From NCBI RefSeq assembly GCF_018977255.1, contig NW_024704743.1, positions 14,572,001 to 14,636,000 of the forward strand: a stretch of DNA of 64,000 nucleotides. The letters run 5' to 3'. The position numbers and the translations under genes were made by a program. Origin of the DNA: Callorhinchus milii (Eukaryota). Positions 39,906-53,095 of the stretch are shown here, piece after piece. The notes below the pieces were generated by a model that was given only the letters and a program-made list of their open reading frames with translations, was not told where the DNA came from and ran no database searches. Positions within the stretch are counted from its first letter, which is position 1, and every line of letters starts with the position of its first letter.

Positions 39906-40776
39906 ATTTAATTTAAGGATCTTGAAAATATACTTAGGGAGTTACATTCTTGAGGTAACCAGTTTTCACCAATTACATAAATTCTGCAGGCCACAAATCT
40001 CTAGTTGATTTTTCAATTAATGAAAGATCCAAAAAAATGTTACAAAATGGAGCAGGCTAGATGCAGGACACTTGAAAGGCTGTAAAAGAACTTGGAAAGA
40101 AATGAGATAAATCGATAAGTAGTGGTAAAGTGTTGCCAGCTTTGGATGTTAAAAGGTTGTAGATTGTAGTAGGAAGAAAAGCCACTTCACAACTTTGAGG
40201 TTCTGGGAAAGAATAAGAGTAGTTTTCGATTTAACATGCTTTAGATTGGAAATAATGAGTGTAACAGCAGAGCAACCACACGACTCTTACCCACAATTCT
40301 TGGCAGGAGATTCAGCAAAGACTTATTTTTGGGGAGTGCAATTGGTTAAAGCACTATATCGAGGAGAGTAATGATGTAATGCTAGCATTCTTAAAGTCTC
40401 AAAGTCTTCAATCATTAAGCACTGTTACATAATGCAATGAAAGTTGAGAGATCTCTGAATCAATGACAAATTGATCTATTCGCTAGTAGAGATAGCTTAC
40501 TTAGTCTAAAAAGATGATCAACTTTATCTTTTATATAAACTTAGGCGTCAAAAAGTCTGATTAAAAAAAAGCCACAGCAAACCATGTCTAGGTAAATTTG
40601 AAAAAGTCCACTGGGCTTTTGAGATTAGAATTTTTTCTTAGTATTTTAGAGCGTGCACATTTTGAATAATTCTTAAATTCAGCCTTACATTTGAAGTTCG
40701 ACATTAACCCTTTTCTAGCTAATGATCTGGCTATATTGCTGGGGCTATGCTGCATGGTTGGAGGTGCATCCTTCAC

Positions 40777-41154
40777 ATAATAATAAATAATAATAATCCT
40801 TGCATTCGATATAGTGCCTTATCACATTTTTGAGACGTCTCAAAGCGCTTCACAGAATATACTGTAAAGTGAATTGACTCTATATTTAGTGGGTGAAACA
40901 CGGCAGCCAATTGAGCACAGCAGTGTCCCACAAACAGTTGTGGATCAAGTGACCAATTTATTATTTTTTTTTGGAAGGAATTATTACCCCCGAACTGCAA
41001 TCCACCAATCGACTAAACAACCAGGTTCCTACTTACTGCTAGGTAAACAAAGGCGTGGAGTAAGGAATCGTGCCCAACATTTCGCCCTGCCAGGAATCGA
41101 ACCCAGGCATCTCGCTTGTGAGGTGAGTGCTCTGGCCACTGAGCTACAGGACTC
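40777..41154 (-). mobile_element. tRNA-derived Deu SINE, long subfamily, full length
   Basis: Head at 41154, ~55-nt insert, Deu core and (TAT)n tail. Confidence 0.93.
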
Positions 41155-41159
41155 TAATC

Positions 41160-41432
41160 AGACATGAGACATTAAACCGAGGTCCCGTGTGCCTGTCCAG
41201 GTAGATGTTATGTTATCCCATGGCATTACTCGTAAAGAGAAGAATTTCTTCCCATGTCCTGACCAACAATCCCCCAAATAAAACTGATGATTAATTTCAT
41301 GGCTGTTTGTGAGATATTGCTGCCGGGATCGCCTACACATACACAGTTTATTTTATTGTATATCCTGTGAAGCACTTTGAGGCAGCTTCCCGACATGAAA
41401 GGTGCTATATCAAATGTAAGTATTATTATTAT
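41160..41432 (+). mobile_element. Old Deu-domain SINE 3' part
   Basis: gagacattaaaccgaggtccc...ggctgtttgtgagatattgctg...ggtgctatatcaaatgtaagtattattatt. Confidence 0.7.
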
Positions 41433-43434
41433 ACTGTATTTTAAAATAAACATTTGTGGCCACACAGTCATTTTTTCATCATAAGCAAACCCTCTCGAAT
41501 TATTCAAATTGTGTCTTGTTTAAAAAGATAGTGTGGCTGCAAAAGTATTGGCAATAGCTTTTTTGTGCTAATGTTTTCCCTCCTCTTCATGTCTCCTGAA
41601 GGTGTTGATTGTTTGTTGGGGTAAAATTCCAAAGAATTCCACATTCCACCCACGTAGCAGTCTTTATATGAGAGTGTGGACAGTGAGGTTATTCACTTAA
41701 GAGTACATCACAGTTGGGCTGGTCTGTATGGGTTAGATATTCACCAGGCTGGGAATTTGCCTATTGGAGGAGCTGTCAAGACCATTTAATTATTTCAATT
41801 TTGTTTCGTACATTACCTTGAACAGAAAATAAAGAATAAATGTATCTGAAAACATCCTTCTTCCATCAAATGTTCCGATATGGGATGTTGGCATGATTCA
41901 TTTTGATTTACTGTTCTACTCATGTTATTTTTTTAGGAGATATTTATCATTATTCTCAGGTAAATTTAATGCAAAATCAGATCCATACATTTACACCAAT
42001 AAGTTCCTTACCAGTCACTGCAGTACATACAACCAAGCCAACTAAAGGTGGCATTCTTTAAAACTGCCTGGACTCCAGGAGGAAGACTTTGGAGAATAAC
42101 ATTTGTACTGACATTTAAAAGGGGATTCCTTTGAAGTTGTTAATTCTTCATTTCTGATCTATGAAGCTATTGCTCATTTGTCTTTTGTATGTGAACATTT
42201 AAGAACTCTGCTGCAGAGAGAAACTAGCTGTCACCAAGCCGCTTACAAATAGGCATTCAAAGAATTAAATGCATCCATCATTTTTGATGAGTCTTTATTT
42301 ACGAAAAATGAGAAACCTCAATGACCCTTTATATCATGATTTACATTGAAGTCCCGAGTACCAAATTCTCAATGATCTGTAGGGTAGTTAATCATCTAAT
42401 GCTAATTTCTCTCTACATTAGTCAAAACAATATGTCCAAAACAAAATCACTTACATTGTGCTGAAAAAAGCAACTGTGAACTTTGCAAATCAGGCACAAA
42501 ACAAACACCGCCATACACAAAGATAACTTAAGAAAGCACATCAAAAGTCTTACTTCAGACTAGTAATGTTGGTGCTCAGAGAATACACAGACCCAAGCGC
42601 TTCCAGCAAGTCCGTTTTCAAAAAGAAATCCAAGTTGGAGAAGACAAAGATACTTAACACGTTTGATGACAATTTGAGATAATATTGAAAGAGACAACAT
42701 ATTGATGAAAAATCATTCTGCAAACCATTTTTTCCATTTATTGCAAAATTAGGTAAATTGTGCCAATGCATCACTGCATCGGTTAGGTACGATGCCTTTG
42801 TGATGAAGGTGCATGGCTCTTCTCTCTGCCAAACAAAATAAAAGGTTTGACCAACAGTTTTTCATTAGATAGTGTGCTTTTGATCAAAAAATCTTTGAGG
42901 TGATAAATCTCAACAGTTTTTCTTCAGAAGCATTCTCATATCTGACGAGAGGATATCACTTAGCAAATTTGAGAGCATTCAATTACGGAACTCACAGTTT
43001 ACAATTGTTGTGGTCCGACTGACTATTGACAACATGTTAATGTCCACTGGCAACCAAGTAACGACATTGGAGAAGTTCAATTCATATTTTTTTAAGAACA
43101 ATATTTAAATGACAAATAGACATTTTAAGAAAAGAATGCTGGATATACATTTTTCAAAGAATCCGCAGAGGTTGATGAAATCAGATAAGAAATCAGACTT
43201 GTTGCAAATCCAACAGTCTAAATTACAAGACATCAGTTACAGACCCACAAGAACACACCAACAGTTTTCAGCACTTAAGAAGACACTCATTTCATAATCA
43301 AAGTAAGGCAATGAGACTAATGCAAACAAACAGATGATAGGACAGAACCAAAGTGCGGACAGGTCAAACTTTGGGACTATGGATTATATGTGTGAAGACT
43401 ACAATTCAATTTGCCACGGGAATACAAGCCATAC

Positions 43435-43524
43435 CTGATTTTCTTGGGTGGCTTCTGTTGCCAGAGGCAGAGATGACTCTTCACAAACAGCAAGACTCCG
43501 CACGAGTTTACCTTTGGCTCCTGA
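43435..43524 (-). CDS. ARPP21: ARPP21 coding exon 3 (90 nt): SGAKGKLVRSLAVCEESSLPLATEATQENQ
   Basis: gtgtgcctctcag|TCA ... CAG|gtatgg; conserved KGKLxRSLAVCEES motif. Confidence 0.93.
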
Positions 43525-46521
43525 CTGAGAGGCACACAACAAAAATGTCATTGCCTGATTACTCATAAGATTTTAATAGTGCTCCTTAATATATGACTAA
43601 TAGAGAAACGACTACATATCAGCCGAGTCAAAAGCCAATATACATTAAATAGCAAAGCCTTATTTCATCTGGTAGTGCATTTGCTGTTTCTTGAAAAAGC
43701 ACTCATCATTCTGAATACATTACAGCAAGCAAACTGTATGACATTAAAATACAGCTAGCATTTTTAGTTCAATTACAGTGCAGTAACAAGGATTTTCTTT
43801 AAAAAATGAGAATGAATAAATATCTAAAATCAAAATTCTGACATCAAACCTTGCCTGGGATACAATCAAGTGTACAGCACACAGAAACTAACAGGATATA
43901 GTACATAACAGGTTACTTTGTAAACCCACCGACTCCAAAACTAATACCAACAGTAAATTCACATTTAACAGAAAATGACACAATCAAGCTTCAAAGCTGA
44001 AATTTGCACCTTAAATTTTTTGAGGTTCATTTTCTAATAACTAGAATGACATTAGAATTTCTTAAAGTCTTTGGCAGCCAATTGTAACACGTAAATCCTA
44101 AAAAGAAAGTTAATTTCCCACAAGTCAATGTTTTATCATCAGAACATTGGATAATATGCTATAAATTGTATTTAAGTCCACATTTGTTCAAGTGGAATAA
44201 TAAAGCTCAATCTCAAATCATTATATCTCTTTTTTTTTAAATGGGTTACTTCTCTAAAAAATGACATTTATTTGCTCACTGTACAATATTAAACAGTAAA
44301 AGTGAAGGTGATTAATTTACTTCGGGCAAAAGGCTTTTATTTAATAAAATTAGGTTTCAGTACCATCAAGCTGAAGAATTAATTTGATATACTCTTCGAG
44401 TTTTAAATTATACTACTGCATTCTTTTCTCTGCATTAATAAGTTAAACATACCTCATTTGACACATTAATATTATTATTTGTTATTAATATCAATAATAA
44501 TTTATTATTAGTTTAACTTTGCTCAAACACCAACAATATAAACGCTGAACACAATCTGCCTGATTTACTGAATGAGAAGATCTACGAAAGGAGTTGTATT
44601 ATAAAAAGCCTGGGAATCAGATTTTATTTGAGACAATTTAATTTACATTTATCAAGAATTTTCAACAGTTTTAAAAAAACGACAATCTCCCTTTTTTGCT
44701 CCATTCTTCCGTTTAATTCTTTTTCTGTTTTGAGAAAAGGTCACCTCACCTCTTACTATTTACATCACATTCTCACAGAGGGGCTTATAGAATCTTGAGA
44801 CTTTACAGCACAGATGGAGCCCATCAAATTTGTGTCAGCTCTCTGAAAGAGCTACTCATTGAGTCCCACTATGTAAACAAATAATTTCTACTCATACACC
44901 AATAGTTTACTTCCAATCCCAAATTATAAAGGTATTCTAATGCTTCTGTTGTTCAGACCATGATCTACAGTATACATGGTCAACTTTCAGATGCTTACCT
45001 AAAATAAACAAGGAAATTCATTAACAAATACTGTGTTTCAAAGAAGAAAATAACATATTCTTGTCTTCACGTTCCACAGGTGAAAAATAACCATCAGAGG
45101 CACATCACATGCCACTGCAACAATTTTTTATGAGTTAATGTAAAAAGATATTGCAAAACTTGTTCCAGTGTAGTGTTCCTTTAAAAACTGCACAATAGCT
45201 TTGCCAAAGATGTGCATAGTGGCAAAGCAATTTAAGAAAAGCACAAGAGACTGCGACACACATACAGTTCTGAAAAATGACTGCGATTTAAGCTTGCAAG
45301 AGAATGGCATGATATCATTTTAAACCTATGTCCACTGAGATCAATTTCAATATAAATGTTGTTTGACAGATTCATGCCACTTTACACGTTACAATCACAA
45401 TACCAATTAAAAAATCATTGATGTATCAAATTATAAATTTTACTAGCAGTGTTAAAACATATAGGTGAGATTTTTTTTCTCTCAATAGGAATTTATCGCA
45501 GATGATATGTTGCCAGAGTTACTCTCCAGCCTGTTGTGAAAAATCCCGAACATTAATCTTGAGTAACTTGGCGGGGGGGGCGGGGGGAGTGGAGGGTGGT
45601 TAAGGAACTGTTAGATGAACTATGTTTGCTAACATTTGTATCTATAATCCAAACCAATATATTTCAATCTTAATTTGCACCGTGTATAGCAAATTGTAAA
45701 ACCTCTACAGAATAGAAATACCAGATTTACCAACCAAAATCATTTTGGAAGCCTAACAGAATAACATAAGTATTCTTCCAATAGATTTCTATTTACCCAC
45801 AAAAGATGTATCTACCACCATTTGTTCCTAACTAACATTTTATCCCCAAAACAGTTTATTCTCAACTTTTAATAATTCAAGTACGTATAAAAGCTAAATC
45901 TGGCATTCTTGATTTGCGTAGTGAAGTGTATTACCCCAACAGCATGATTAAAACAAACCGCTTCTAAATCGTTCCCTACATTATCTCTATTCAACACTGG
46001 AAACATTTTTTAAAATTTTATTCAGATTTTTTAGTTATTCCTTCTGAAATTCAAGTTTGTTTTTAAAAAAATTAAACTTAGCTTTAACCATTTCAGACTT
46101 TGAAATTATACATTTTTTGTGAGCACTACTCACAGGAAAATGTGATGTTAAATCTCAAGCTTAATGAATTATTTCTTTTCAGTGGGAACTCTTTCTACCA
46201 CAGTTAATTTCACTGTCAAATGATTTACTCCCGGTGCCGTCTCTGGAGTTTCTTATGAATTATCTTATTTGAAGCTTGAATGTGACTTTCAATAAACTCA
46301 TACAAAGAAAGACATGAAATGCTTTGGCACAACACAAGCACAACATGAAAGCACAATACTATTTTTCACACAAAACACTTGGGCTTCTAAGACTGAACAC
46401 TTCACCAAACTGTCCAACATATGACACAATTTCACTGCGACACGCAAGAATAATCACATTGACATTACTTTATCCTATCATTTCAGCTTTGACATGCCTC
46501 CATACAGAAGGTGGCCCCTAC

Positions 46522-46560
46522 CTTTGCTCTTTTTCTCTGCTGCCCCTGGTTTGCTCGTTT
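46522..46560 (-). CDS. ARPP21: ARPP21 coding exon 2 (39 nt): KRANQGQQRKRAK
   Basis: gtcatttgctgcacag|AAA ... AAG|gtaggg; phase 0-0; position and basic content match human RRLEAQNQERRKSK. Confidence 0.8.
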
Positions 46561-47151
46561 CTGTGCAGCAAATGACAAACAGATATCATTCGGTGGACAA
46601 AGATGATAAAAAAATTAGAAACGTCATGACTTAATGATAGGAATCATTTTTTTCAATAAGAAGCTGCTGTACATTGTCATCGGTTAATGTGGCGCCATTT
46701 GAAATCTGCTCTACGAGATGAAGCCCAGCGCAGCACAATCAGGTTAGTCAGACTTGGCCTTCAGGAAGCCAGTTCAAAATAGTTTGTTGACAGCTTCATT
46801 ACATTTTTAAAATCATCAAAATAAAAGCATTTCAATCAGTTCAAAATCTGATCATATCAAATGTCCGGTGACTACCCACCTTGCTTTCCCTTGTCATCAA
46901 AGAAAAAAGTATTTGACAGATCAACATTTAGAAGAGTGGTCTTCATTATAACACTGCCAATAGAAAGGCCACTGTATAAACAAATGATGAGTTTGTGCCT
47001 CACTTGTAAGAGCAGATCAAACTGATAACTAAACTCAGCACACAAGATGAAACACATACAGACAAAGTGAAAAGATCCAGTATCGTTGTTAGATTTAAGA
47101 ACCATACAGAACCCAGACAGCCAACCACCCGTATTCTATGTGTCACCTTAC

Positions 47152-47316
47152 TTGATAGTCAGCCTTTGTGTCATTTGATTTATCCTCTTTCTCTTCTGCC
47201 TCCAAGCTTTCAGTTCTAATGATGCACGTCTCTGGAGAGGATGGAGAAGTTTCAGTCTCTTGCTCATTTCCAGCTTCCTCCACTGTTTCATGGTTCGATA
47301 CGCCTTTTTCAGACAT
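47152..47316 (-). CDS. ARPP21: ARPP21 first coding exon (exon spans 47152-47356, 40 nt of it UTR): MSEKGVSNHETVEEAGNEQETETSPSSPETCIIRTESLEAEEKEDKSNDTKADYQ
   Basis: Acceptor ttttgaccctgcag|GTC at 47356, ATG at 47316-47314, donor CAA|gtaagg; 55 codons, phase 0. Similar to human MSEQG...EQETATPENGIVKSESL. Confidence 0.88.
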
Positions 47317-49134
47317 TCTCACAGAAAGGAATTACACAAGTAGAAGATGCAGTGACCTGCAGGGTCAAAACATCAAAACACATTTTATTCCCAGAATGAG
47401 TCGCTTCATTTCTTTCTGACATTCATCCTGTAGAAAATGAATATTGCAGTTAGCTACTGTTTACTTTGAAACACATTCCAATGTGCTCCACAGTACAAAT
47501 TCAACATTTCATAATTCAATTCCAAATGGAATAATTCAAATGCATATAAAAGCCAAATTTGATATTCTTAACCTGCATGGTCAATATGCGTAGCCATCAA
47601 ACTGACAGCTCCATTATTAAAACCATAAGCCTCATCCCAAATCCCTTGTTAACTTCATACCTACGAAAAGCTAGCAAGAAAAATCTTCAGGTAACTTAAA
47701 TGAAGAAATGCTAATGTCAATGCATTTACTTAGGGAGCTCCACAGAAAATTAAAACCTCTTTTCACTCTCACTGATTGATTCCAAAATGAATGTGATGAA
47801 TAATTTAGGATGACGGCCACAAGTTATGGACAAGATCAAATCAAAAAATTGCTCAGCCAAATCGATTCCTGAACGCATGAACATTAAAAATAGAAAGCAC
47901 CTTCACCAAACACACAGGAGCTGGTACCTTTGTTTTAACATTGAACTACCCGATCATTTGTCTCAGTTATCCTCAGGAGCAAAATTCCCACAGATGCTAG
48001 ACCATATGAAAAACTCAACAGGATATACTGTACACCAGCTGAAGTGTTATGGGCAGGAGGCGCAGTAAGATCTGAAGCGGAAAGTGTTGAGAAAGAATAC
48101 TCCAGTGCCAAAAAATGTAGCAAGCAGAGGAAAATAAGCTGCCAGCTTTGTAATCTGCTTTTCTTGCTGCAAATACATTTGAATTTACGAAGCTTCTGCA
48201 CAAACAATTATATAATCAGTGCAATATTAGTATAGGATAGCATGAATGTTACTGTCAAAAGGTTGTAATGAAGCCACAGTTTGCTCGGAGCATATGAAGC
48301 AATAAATGACCCATGCACGATTTCATATATGAATTTGTAGGACAACAAACACTTATTTCCTGATAAACCTCTATTAAACTGCATTCTTGGAATTGTGAAT
48401 TTAGATTTGTTGTTGAGTGCTTATAATTTGGAAAGAATCCCCACTTTTAGAGGTGCCATATCACATCAAGTTAAAACATGACAAAGTACTTACAGGATTT
48501 ATTGTCAAGCATCGTGAATGGTTTTGTAGCTATTTTGACACAGAGAGAGTACTGAGGTGAATAACCAATTTTATTTGGAGAATTCTTGGGCATAATAGCA
48601 GGAAAATATACTAGCTTGTACAATACAATACCAATCTGGTGATAATTTGAAGCTGAGCCTGAATAATGTGTGTGGCAGCACTTACAGTGCAAAATGAGTA
48701 GTCACCATATTAGAATAGGTTTGAGTAACTTCTGAACATTTAATGTTAAACATCAGAAATGGCATGTAAATCACAGCTCAGTTTTATGACTACGTATGGC
48801 ATCCAAATTACCTAAAAAGTCATCTCTATGTGGGATCTTTAAATCGTTGTATCTCTGTCTGTGAAATGCAGAACATTAATAAATTATGTAATTTGTTTCC
48901 TTCAGAACACTCCACAATCAAAAATCTTGCGCTTTCATCAAAATCCTACGTTTGCAGACAGGGCTTTAAAGCACAGCTATGGTGTTTTAACACATCTGCA
49001 CTCGACAAATGGAAGCAATTGTTTTGAATCTTACAATTATATAATTATTCTGGCAATTTGCTGATGTTTACATGACTTCATATAACGTTGAGTATGTAAA
49101 ATGACCCTGATCTGCTTCTATTGCTTGGACCTGC

Positions 49135-49735
49135 TTAATATTGTCTAACTCAGCCACTGCTTTCCTCTCAGGCTGCCGTGACTCTAATCTATGCATTTAT
49201 CACATCCAGGCTTGACTATGCTAACTCTCTGGTCGCTGGAGTTCCCAAGTCTTCCATCCACAAGCTGGAGATTATTCTGAACTCTGCCATTCATCTTCTT
49301 TCCCGAACAAAGCTCTGTCAGTCTAGGAACCCCATCCACGCCCAGCTTCATTGGCTTTCCATCCCCCAGTGGATTGAGTTCAAGATCCTCATCCTCATTT
49401 GCAAAGTCTTACAGCCTTGCTGACCCTACTTCTGAAATCTCCTCAAATCTTACCAACCCTCCAATTCCTTCGCTCAGCAAGCCTGCTTCATGTCTTCTGC
49501 TCTCCCATCCACAGTTGGGCTTTCAGCCTATCTGATCCTATTCTCTGGAACTCCAACCTGGAGTCCCTCTGACTCGCTCCCTTTCAAGGTCCATCTCAAG
49601 ACATTCCTCTTGGACCACGCCTTATACCATCTGTCCCCTCCCTGCTCTCGGCTCAGGTGTCAAGGCAGGACTGTCAAGCAGCTTGGGACGTTCTCCCGAT
49701 GTGAAAAGGCACTTTATAAATGTTATTTATAACAT
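49135..49735 (+). mobile_element. L2-type LINE ORF2 C-terminus and 3' end
   Basis: TLIYAFITSRLDYANSLVAGVPKSSIHKLEIILNSA...LHWLSIPQWIEFKILILICK plus the L2 tail. Confidence 0.92.
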
Positions 49736-50049
49736 GTTATATTATTTGTTTTGACTGAATAAAGAACCAACATAAACATTTACCATGAAGTAAAATACAA
49801 TAATGACAGGCAGTGCAACATTTCAAAGGAAGAATGCAAATGCTCATAATTCTGCAAATATATATTAATTGTGCTAAAATCAGCAACTACAGTTGTTGCA
49901 ATGTCTGATTAACATCAGGGATTAATGTAAATGTCTCTGTATTGGTGATTTGATTGTGTGTGTGAGATAAATAGCTCAGAACAATAAGCAAAAAATCTGA
50001 CTAAGTTGCATGCAAAATGAAGAATACTTAATTACAGATGTGTAGTGTG

Positions 50050-50400
50050 GAACGAGAGACACAGGAGGAAAGACAAAATAGTTGAAAGAGAGCATGAAAG
50101 TCCAGAGCCAGAATTTGAGTTTTGAGAGAGACATTAAGCACAAGTGAGAAAACATGTATGTGTACAAGGCAGTTAGGAAGCATATGTGAGAGAGCGAGAG
50201 AGAGAGAAAAACAGATGAGTGAAAGAGAACTCAGGAACAGAGAGGCAGAATGAAGGCATGTGTGAGCAAGACGACAATTGCAGGGACATATACATGTGAG
50301 TGGATAAAGAGTGAATGCATGCATAAGATAGAGCAGTTGCACATCACAAAGAAAGCACACACGTTTGAGACAGAGAGAACTATGAGAGAGAACAATAACT
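50050..50400. repeat. Degenerate purine-rich (GA/GT) low-complexity tract
   Basis: Runs of gagaga, gtgtgag and acatg. Confidence 0.6.
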
Positions 50401-52949
50401 AGCGAAATTTTATAGAGGTCCATTCTGAGTCTCACAGTACTTACACTTACGTATAGCACTTATAAAAAAATGTAATACATTGATTAGACCAAGCATAACC
50501 AGGTGGTTTATATAAAGGGATTAATGGCATTCAAAATGATTAAGAAAAATTAAATGGGCTGTTGAAGGAAGGTTGATGACTTTTAGTGTTGATAGATGTG
50601 ACGTTGTGTGCACAAGAAGGAGAAACGAGACATGTGTATCAGCGAATGGTGTCCATTGGGAAAGATAGAAAAGGAAAAGGTGAGAGTATTGATCACTCGC
50701 TGGAAAAATCCAAATAGTGTGCAACTCTTCATGCAATAATCAACAGTATAACAAAGGAATTGATGGTGAGATGTATAAAGGTAAACAGGAATAAGGATGA
50801 ATAATCAAAGACTCTTATTGAGTACGGTAGCTCACTGCTGCTGGAAACATGGATGAATCATCCTTAAATTGCATCTGGTTAGAGTTGTAAATAATGGTTG
50901 GGAAGCTAATATAATCCACTGGAATTTGGACTGATTACTCTTGAGAATTTGGAAACATTACAGGGTGTTATTATATAACTTCTTGGAGATGTACTTCTGG
51001 ATGGCTATCCCCTCAGGAGATTCTGTGGGTTTTTTTAAAGGCTTTGATGGATAAAGTGGACCTGGCCTGTGTAAGAAATAGGCCTTATAGGCTAAGTCAG
51101 TGGGGGCCAACCCATGAGAGCTTGCAAGCATTCGCACTTATCTAGGTAAGTCTGTGTTAAATCAATATTTTGTTTCCAGTGCAATTTATGGTGTGGCATT
51201 AAATTAAGAAATATTCAATCAAGAAAAAAATATTTGGTTAGTCACCAATGGGCAAAATGACCTTTCTTGTTCATATTTTACATTTCTCCCACAAACACAC
51301 ACAGAGTCACTCCACTTTACAATATATCTTGTGAAGCGTTTTGGGACATTCTCCCATTGTGAAAGTATTATTGTATGGATTATTATTGTTAAATTTTGGT
51401 ATACATTTTAAAGGCCATTTGTCAAATTATCCACAGGGCTTTTTTCCAGTTCTCATTTAGAACAATGGACTCAATGTTGGGCAAAATACATTCAGAATGA
51501 TATAAATGCTTTGGAAACATTTCCAAAAAGAGAAATAAAAATGATTGGGGGAGCAGAAGATTTAGGGCTCTCGGTATTTGAACTGTTTTTCGCCTTATGG
51601 TCCAGATCTTAAAGGTGATGAGAGGAGCAGTATATATAGTTACTTGATTTGGACCATAAGTCCATTCGTGGAGGTTGAGTCAACAACCTCGAAAAAAGAC
51701 TGGAGCCCATTACAGGGCAATAGTCTGGGGGGGAATGAACTTCATTGCTTTTTTCTCATTCTACAATTTCTTATGAGAGAGAGAAAATGCACACATGGCC
51801 ACAAGGTAGAGACAGAGAGAAAAAGGGTGTGTCCGATAATGAAACAAAGACAGCTAGAGCAGGTTTAAAGAGATCGAAAAACCTAGAGAAAGAGCATGAT
51901 AAATGTAAGTGAATGATAGTCAGGCTAAATGAAATACTAGACATTCTTGAAGACAGTTCCTCACTACGCAACAAGGCTAGCCAAGATTATTATTTGCATG
52001 TACACCATTTGGAAGATGTACGGTCACTGTACTTTGCCAGTTGTCAAAGCTGCCTCAAAATCCTGCAGACTGATGCTGCTGGTACAATCTTTCCTCAAAC
52101 ATATTCTACTGAATATGCCATATAACTGGTACAAGATAGCTGATTTCTTTTGCAGATAAAATAGTATTGCATGGAATATATTTTGTGACCAACATGAAAA
52201 CAAAATGGTTTAATACAGAAGATGGCTAGGCTTCAGTCAGATACTGTGGTTTGCGTGATGATCACTCACTTATTAAATTATAAAATGTCTGATCTGAATT
52301 AGACAAGACTAGTACTTGGAATTAAAACATTCAAGTGTGATCAACAGAATCGATTTACAGATACCACAATTCTGAAACCAGTAGTTTCAATATTTGCCAA
52401 TATTTTAGGAGACATAGTCAACCTCAAAAAATTATAAAAGAATAATGCTGTGACCTAACAGTCCACAGTCCACCTTTATCAGATGAAGAATAATGTTTCC
52501 ATTCAAATTCAGATTATTGCTGTATGGGCTTGATGTTGTTCTGTGGGTGGAAGGTTATAACTGGGCCTCTAAAGGGAAGCAAGAGATTATTATTATTATT
52601 ATTTTTAGCCTTGTTCAGAATCCCAACAAGCCACCCTCTATAATTTCCATGTGTAGATGGGATGCATGGAATTCTCAGCTTGGTTTGGAAACTCTTAAGC
52701 ATGGGTTTCCGTGTGTGTCAGACACGCGGCTGACCACCAAACTAGTATTGATTAAAGGTCTAGGGTTATTTTGAACAAGGAGGAAATCAGCCAAAATAAC
52801 TTGGAGTAAAACATCACTTTTGAACAATTCCACTCGTTTGATTTAACAGTGCATTTTTGGACATTATGTCATTTTAATGTTCCTCTTTATAATGTGAGCT
52901 GGCTCTTACTTTTCTCCAGAGGAAAGTGGCTGCCATTCTTCAAAACCTC

Positions 52950-53095
52950 AACAACAGCAGCAACAACAAATTAAATTTGTATAGCACCTTTCACATCAGG
53001 AGGATGTCCCAAGACGCTGAACTGTCTCAGATTTGCACCCGAGCTGCGGGGTGGGATCAGGAAGGGTGGAGGGAGGGCAGGATGGGTGGGGGTAG
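52950..53095 (-). mobile_element. L2 3' end
   Basis: Reverse of the cagcgtcttgggacatcctcctgatgtgaaaggtgctatacaaat tail. Confidence 0.8.
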
